From IMG/VR virus record IMGVR_UViG_3300032007_002222: a stretch of DNA of 20,000 bases. One strand, given 5' to 3'. This document shows, piece by piece, positions 16,516 to 20,000 of the stretch; position 1 is the first letter of the stretch, and each line of letters opens with the position of its first letter. Below the pieces are notes generated by a model. The model was given only the letters and a program-made list of their open reading frames with translations. It searched no databases and was not told the DNA's origin. Source of the stretch: an uncultured virus (IMG/VR IMGVR_UViG_3300032007_002222). Taxonomy: Duplodnaviria; Heunggongvirae; Uroviricota; Caudoviricetes. Position numbers and translations under genes: made by a program.

Positions 16516-18087
16516 CTATGCTCCCATAACCATTATTGTAGGTATGCTTATTGAATTATTCACTTTTGAATATATAGTTACTGTATTTGTATCCGTCAAA
16601 CATAATGCAGCGTAATTGCCACTATCAGCTTCTGCTGGATTAAATATAACTTGTGCATAATCAGAAGATGTTACTCCATTACATGTCAATACACATTTAT
16701 ATCCATAATCTGTATAAGTACTATCACTAATCCAAGTACTTGCTGTAATATTTGTAAAAGTTAAAAATTTTGGTCCAGCTTGAACTGTTGCCCAAGATGC
16801 TGAAGTACCATTAGTGGTTAAATATTTTCCTGATTGACCTGATTGATCAGGCAATCCACTTCCACTTTCATATAATATATTGTTATTATAATATATAGTT
16901 TTTTCATTTGTTGTATCATTATATTGTGTATTATCTTCAAGAGTTGTTCCTGAATCCCAAGTTAATGATCCATCAGCTAAAAGAAAATCACCAGTAGAAT
17001 CAGCTAAATATATTACTCCATTAAAATGTGTTCCTGAATACATTGGATAATCTCCCATACCATATCTCATATAATTTGAAGCAGATCTATTAGCATATTC
17101 TGCTACTCCTGAAGATAACACATTTCCATTATAACTATTTTCTCTTAAGTAAGAATTAACTGTTCCATCTGAATTTTTTATTATTGTAATATAGTATTCT
17201 TTATTTATTACCCAATTATTATAATTAAAAAATAATACTTGTGGACCTCTAATAGGATTTCCATATGAACTATATGCATATTGAGCATATAATCCTTCGG
17301 TTGATATACAAAAATTTATATCTGATGTTCTAATTAATTGATTACCACTAGTACCATTTGGTAAACTCGTTAATTTAATATGAATATTATATTGCATAGA
17401 ACCACTCCACCCAAAAGGAGTAGAGCCAGAAACTTGTCTTGAAATGCCTTGTTGAAATTGTGGATTAGAAGAATTAGTATAAAATCCACTAACAATACCT
17501 GTTTGTAAATCCACTGTTACTCCATTACTTACTGTTACATCACTATTTAATTGCCATGCAGGAGCTTCTACTGTATATATTTTTTTATCTGTTGTATTTA
17601 AAAATGTATCTCCAACAGAATAGCTTGTAGTTGTAGGTAGCGTACTTCCACTATTATTTATATCTATTCCATTAATTTTATCAGGCATTTTTGAAATTTG
17701 TGTTCTAATATAACTAATATCAGTAATAATATCTTGTTTATTGTCTAATGCCTTTTCTAATTTTCCTATAGCAGAATTTAAAGTATCTGAAGTAGTTATC
17801 GATGAAGAACTGCTTGGTTTGGAGTATCCAGTTAATGCATTAACTTTTTCAGATGCTATATTCGGTATATCGCTAGCACTTAGATCGGTACCACTAGTTA
17901 TCAATCCTTTACTATCATAAGTAACCTTACATTTGGTAGCTCCAGTAATCGGTGAGTTAGCTTCAACAAAATCAGAATCATCAGTAACTAAATATAGTTC
18001 AGTTTCTGATGGATTTTGTATAGAGTCATATTGTTGTTTAGTCAGTTTATTTATTATTAATTGACTGCTTGGTGTATCTGTAGACAT
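16516..18087 (-). CDS. Tail-fibre-like protein (523 aa) with an internal LamG-like domain and shared C-terminal adapter-like domain
   Basis: LTKQQYDSIQNPSETELYLV N-terminal fibre motif, KVTYDSKGLITSG repeat, TSDTLNSAIGKLEK, LamG-like NKEYYITI..HFNGVIYLAD, LPDQSGQSGKYLTTNG motif. Confidence 0.75.
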   Translation of the reverse strand: MSTDTPSSQLIINKLTKQQYDSIQNPSETELYLVTDDSDFVEANSPITGATKCKVTYDSKGLITSGTDLSASDIPNIASEKVNALTGYSKPSSSSSITTSDTLNSAIGKLEKALDNKQDIITDISYIRTQISKMPDKINGIDINNSGSTLPTTTSYSVGDTFLNTTDKKIYTVEAPAWQLNSDVTVSNGVTVDLQTGIVSGFYTNSSNPQFQQGISRQVSGSTPFGWSGSMQYNIHIKLTSLPNGTSGNQLIRTSDINFCISTEGLYAQYAYSSYGNPIRGPQVLFFNYNNWVINKEYYITIIKNSDGTVNSYLRENSYNGNVLSSGVAEYANRSASNYMRYGMGDYPMYSGTHFNGVIYLADSTGDFLLADGSLTWDSGTTLEDNTQYNDTTNEKTIYYNNNILYESGSGLPDQSGQSGKYLTTNGTSASWATVQAGPKFLTFTNITASTWISDSTYTDYGYKCVLTCNGVTSSDYAQVIFNPAEADSGNYAALCLTDTNTVTIYSKVNNSISIPTIMVMGA

Positions 18088-18344
18088 TATTCTTCATCCT
18101 CCATTATTTGTTCTTCTTCAATATTCTCTTCTACTGGAACTTCTAAATAATTATTTTGATTATCATTATCTTTTAACCATACTGTTGTAAATCTCTCACC
18201 TGTTTCTTTATGTAACAATTCATTATTTATTTCTGGATATAAGACTAATCTTTGTTCTTCAATAATCATATTATCATCTTTAAAACCGCAAGTCATAGTA
18301 TGTATATCATTTATTTTACCAACATAAGTTATCTTCGTATACAT
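18087..18344 (-). CDS. Small acidic-tailed protein following an LRR gene
   Basis: AGGAG RBS, TAATG coupling to the downstream fibre gene, VLYP....L.HKETGE.F..VWL.......Y.EV plus acidic tail. Confidence 0.7.
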   Translation of the reverse strand: MYTKITYVGKINDIHTMTCGFKDDNMIIEEQRLVLYPEINNELLHKETGERFTTVWLKDNDNQNNYLEVPVEENIEEEQIMEDEE

Positions 18345-18355
18345 TATGTTATCTC

Positions 18356-19555
18356 CTATAAATCAAACAATACTGTAGTATTTGTACCATTAAAACCACC
18401 TGTTACACTTGACCAAGAACCTATAGTTGACTGTATAGCTGCAGGGAAATGAACAGTACAACCTGATACTCCTTGCAACATATTATTAAATTGATTAGTA
18501 TAAGAACCAAAACTATCAGCAGTTAATGCTGGAAAGCTTACTGAAGTTAAACTCGTACAATTATTAAAAGCATATGCTAATGCCTGTGAACCTTTTATTT
18601 CAGATAAAGATTGGAATGTCATTGTTGTTAATGAACTACATCCGCTAAAACAATAATACATAAAGCTAGAACCATTTGCTCTATTTAATTTATTTAAATA
18701 CACATTTTCTAATTTACTACATCCATTAAATGCATAATAAAATACATAATTAAGTGAATAATCTATTTCTGCATTTCTTAAATCAACAGTTACTAAATTA
18801 GAACAGCTACTAAATGCATTATAAAATGCATTAGCTCCATCAATTTTCTCTAAACAACTCAAGTCTATACTAGTTAAACTCGTACAATTCGAAAATGCAT
18901 AATAAAATGCATAATAATTTCCGTTAAAATTTTTCAAAGCATTAAAACTTACTGATGTTAATGATTTACAATAATAAAAAGCATAAGCTAATGCATAACT
19001 TGATGTAAGAGTAGCTAAATTACTTAAATTTATAGTAGTTATTTTAGAACCATGAAATGCATAATATAATCCATAATACCCTATTGAAGTTAAACTGCTT
19101 ATATCTACTGATGCTAAATTTGTACAACCATAAAATGCATATTGGAGACCAGATTCTCTTATACTAGTTAAACTGCTTAAATCAACTGACTCTAAATTAG
19201 TACAACCTGCAAATGCATAATATAATGCAGATTGTCCATACACTGATACTAAATTGCTTAAATCCACTGATGTTAAATTTATACAATTATAAAATGCATA
19301 TTGTAATGCACGATTCCCAGTTATATCAGTTAAATTACTTAAATCTACTGAAATAATCTTATTACTTTCATAATAAGCATAAGACATCACATACTTATCA
19401 ATATCTGTTATAGTTGGGTCCATTGTATAATTAATAGAATAACTGGGCATAGATAATTTACCATTATTTATACTCCTTTGTAATGGGCTATAAACATATT
19501 TAGTGATGCTTCCAACTATTGGAGCTACTTTATTATTGCCACAATATAATGACAT
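18356..19555 (-). CDS. LRR putative receptor-binding protein (399 aa, about 11 repeats of ~26 aa); probable start ATG 19555 (MSLYCGNNKV...)
   Basis: Repeats LxYAFxxCTxLTSVDLSxLxxI. ATG 19555 overlaps the upstream TAA (TAATG) and has GGAGG 8 nt upstream. Confidence 0.85.
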   Translation of the reverse strand: MSLYCGNNKVAPIVGSITKYVYSPLQRSINNGKLSMPSYSINYTMDPTITDIDKYVMSYAYYESNKIISVDLSNLTDITGNRALQYAFYNCINLTSVDLSNLVSVYGQSALYYAFAGCTNLESVDLSSLTSIRESGLQYAFYGCTNLASVDISSLTSIGYYGLYYAFHGSKITTINLSNLATLTSSYALAYAFYYCKSLTSVSFNALKNFNGNYYAFYYAFSNCTSLTSIDLSCLEKIDGANAFYNAFSSCSNLVTVDLRNAEIDYSLNYVFYYAFNGCSKLENVYLNKLNRANGSSFMYYCFSGCSSLTTMTFQSLSEIKGSQALAYAFNNCTSLTSVSFPALTADSFGSYTNQFNNMLQGVSGCTVHFPAAIQSTIGSWSSVTGGFNGTNTTVLFDL

Positions 19556-20000
19556 TACCATTGCCTCCATATAACTGCATCTTTTTCATCTTTCCAACTA
19601 GCACTTGTACCATTAGTAGCTAAAATTTTACCATTCTGTCCAGTTTGACTAGGTAATGCATCTACAGCAGCCCATGAAATTGTACTACCATTTGTGGTTA
19701 AAAATTTTCCAGAATTACCTGATTGCGTAGGAAGTGCATCTTGTTTGTTAGACCATTCCGTAGTCGTAGGCAATTTATAACCGGAAGCGATACTGATTGT
19801 AGTATTAAGTGTGGTATTTTGTGCAGTTGATGTTGAGGAAGTTAAACCGGTTCCTGCTTGAACTCTTACTGATGTTACTGTTCCGGCAGGAACATTATCC
19901 CAAGAAGCATTAGTTCCATTAGTTTTTAAAAACTTTCCTGATTGTCCTGTTTGATCTGGTAATCCGTTACTATCATCAGGAGTTAAATATAATTCATCTG
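19555..20000 (-). CDS. Tail-fibre-like protein, start lies beyond the window edge (...DELYLTPDDSNGLPDQTGQSGKFLKTNG...KDAVIWRQW)
   Basis: The frame is open from the window edge to TAA 19555, so the track's TTG 19773 is an internal Leu. Three LPxQxG motifs and GTVTSVRVQAGTGLT. DELYLTPDD resembles TELYLVTDD near the start of the 523-aa paralog. Confidence 0.8.
   Translation of the reverse strand, partial: DELYLTPDDSNGLPDQTGQSGKFLKTNGTNASWDNVPAGTVTSVRVQAGTGLTSSTSTAQNTTLNTTISIASGYKLPTTTEWSNKQDALPTQSGNSGKFLTTNGSTISWAAVDALPSQTGQNGKILATNGTSASWKDEKDAVIWRQW

Larger units (their letters stand above)
13204..19962 (-). repeat. Six dispersed copies of a 63-nt / 21-aa motif LPxQxGxxGK(F/Y/I)LxTNGxxxxW in the three fibre genes
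   Basis: Copies at 19900-19962, 19672-19734, 19594-19656, 16792-16854, 13570-13632 and 13204-13266. Confidence 0.9.

Noticed and set aside
18252..18452. Plus-strand 66-aa ORF
   Set aside because: Antisense to two well-supported genes, TTG start and no RBS.
18500..19400. Periodic AAATGCATAAT-like words as a CRISPR or other non-coding array
   Set aside because: They are degenerate, in-frame and encode the YAF motif of the LRR units.
11607..19555. Shufflon or invertible tail-fibre switch
   Set aside because: All cassettes are complete co-oriented genes with their own starts. No inverted partial genes, recombinase or inverted crossover sites were seen.
1..20000. Stop-codon recoding (genetic code 15 or 4)
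   Set aside because: Long ORFs tile the window in the standard code, and TAG ends several genes right before the next RBS/ATG (724, 11254, 14512, 16516, 18356). TGA reassignment is not needed to explain any ORF.

Overview
AT-rich, gene-dense window with every credible gene on the minus strand, many joined by stop/start overlaps or 1-nt gaps. It is most consistent with the tail-fibre/receptor-binding region of a large tailed phage (standard code: TAA and TAG both act as stops). Reading in the direction of transcription (right to left) there are four repeated cassettes, each a fibre or adapter protein followed by putative receptor-binding protein(s). Three cassettes carry leucine-rich-repeat (BspA-like) proteins (four in total); the fourth carries large LamG/ConA-like + PEGA-like + F5/8 (discoidin) proteins and a protein ending in a C-type-lectin (DUF1566/Lcl-like) domain. 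Two fibre proteins end in the same ~85-aa domain and are each directly followed by an LRR protein starting MIGx(T/A)N, suggesting a plug-and-socket docking system. The large proteins appear to contain nested domain insertions and a PEGA-like domain split between genes. The left 1.3 kb holds small genes (2-TM protein, DUF3175-like, orphan HicB-like, cold-shock protein) under three near-consensus sigma70 promoters, with an intrinsic terminator. No RNA genes, CRISPR array, reverse transcriptase, recombinase or transposase were recognised. All domain calls are by eye, with no database search.
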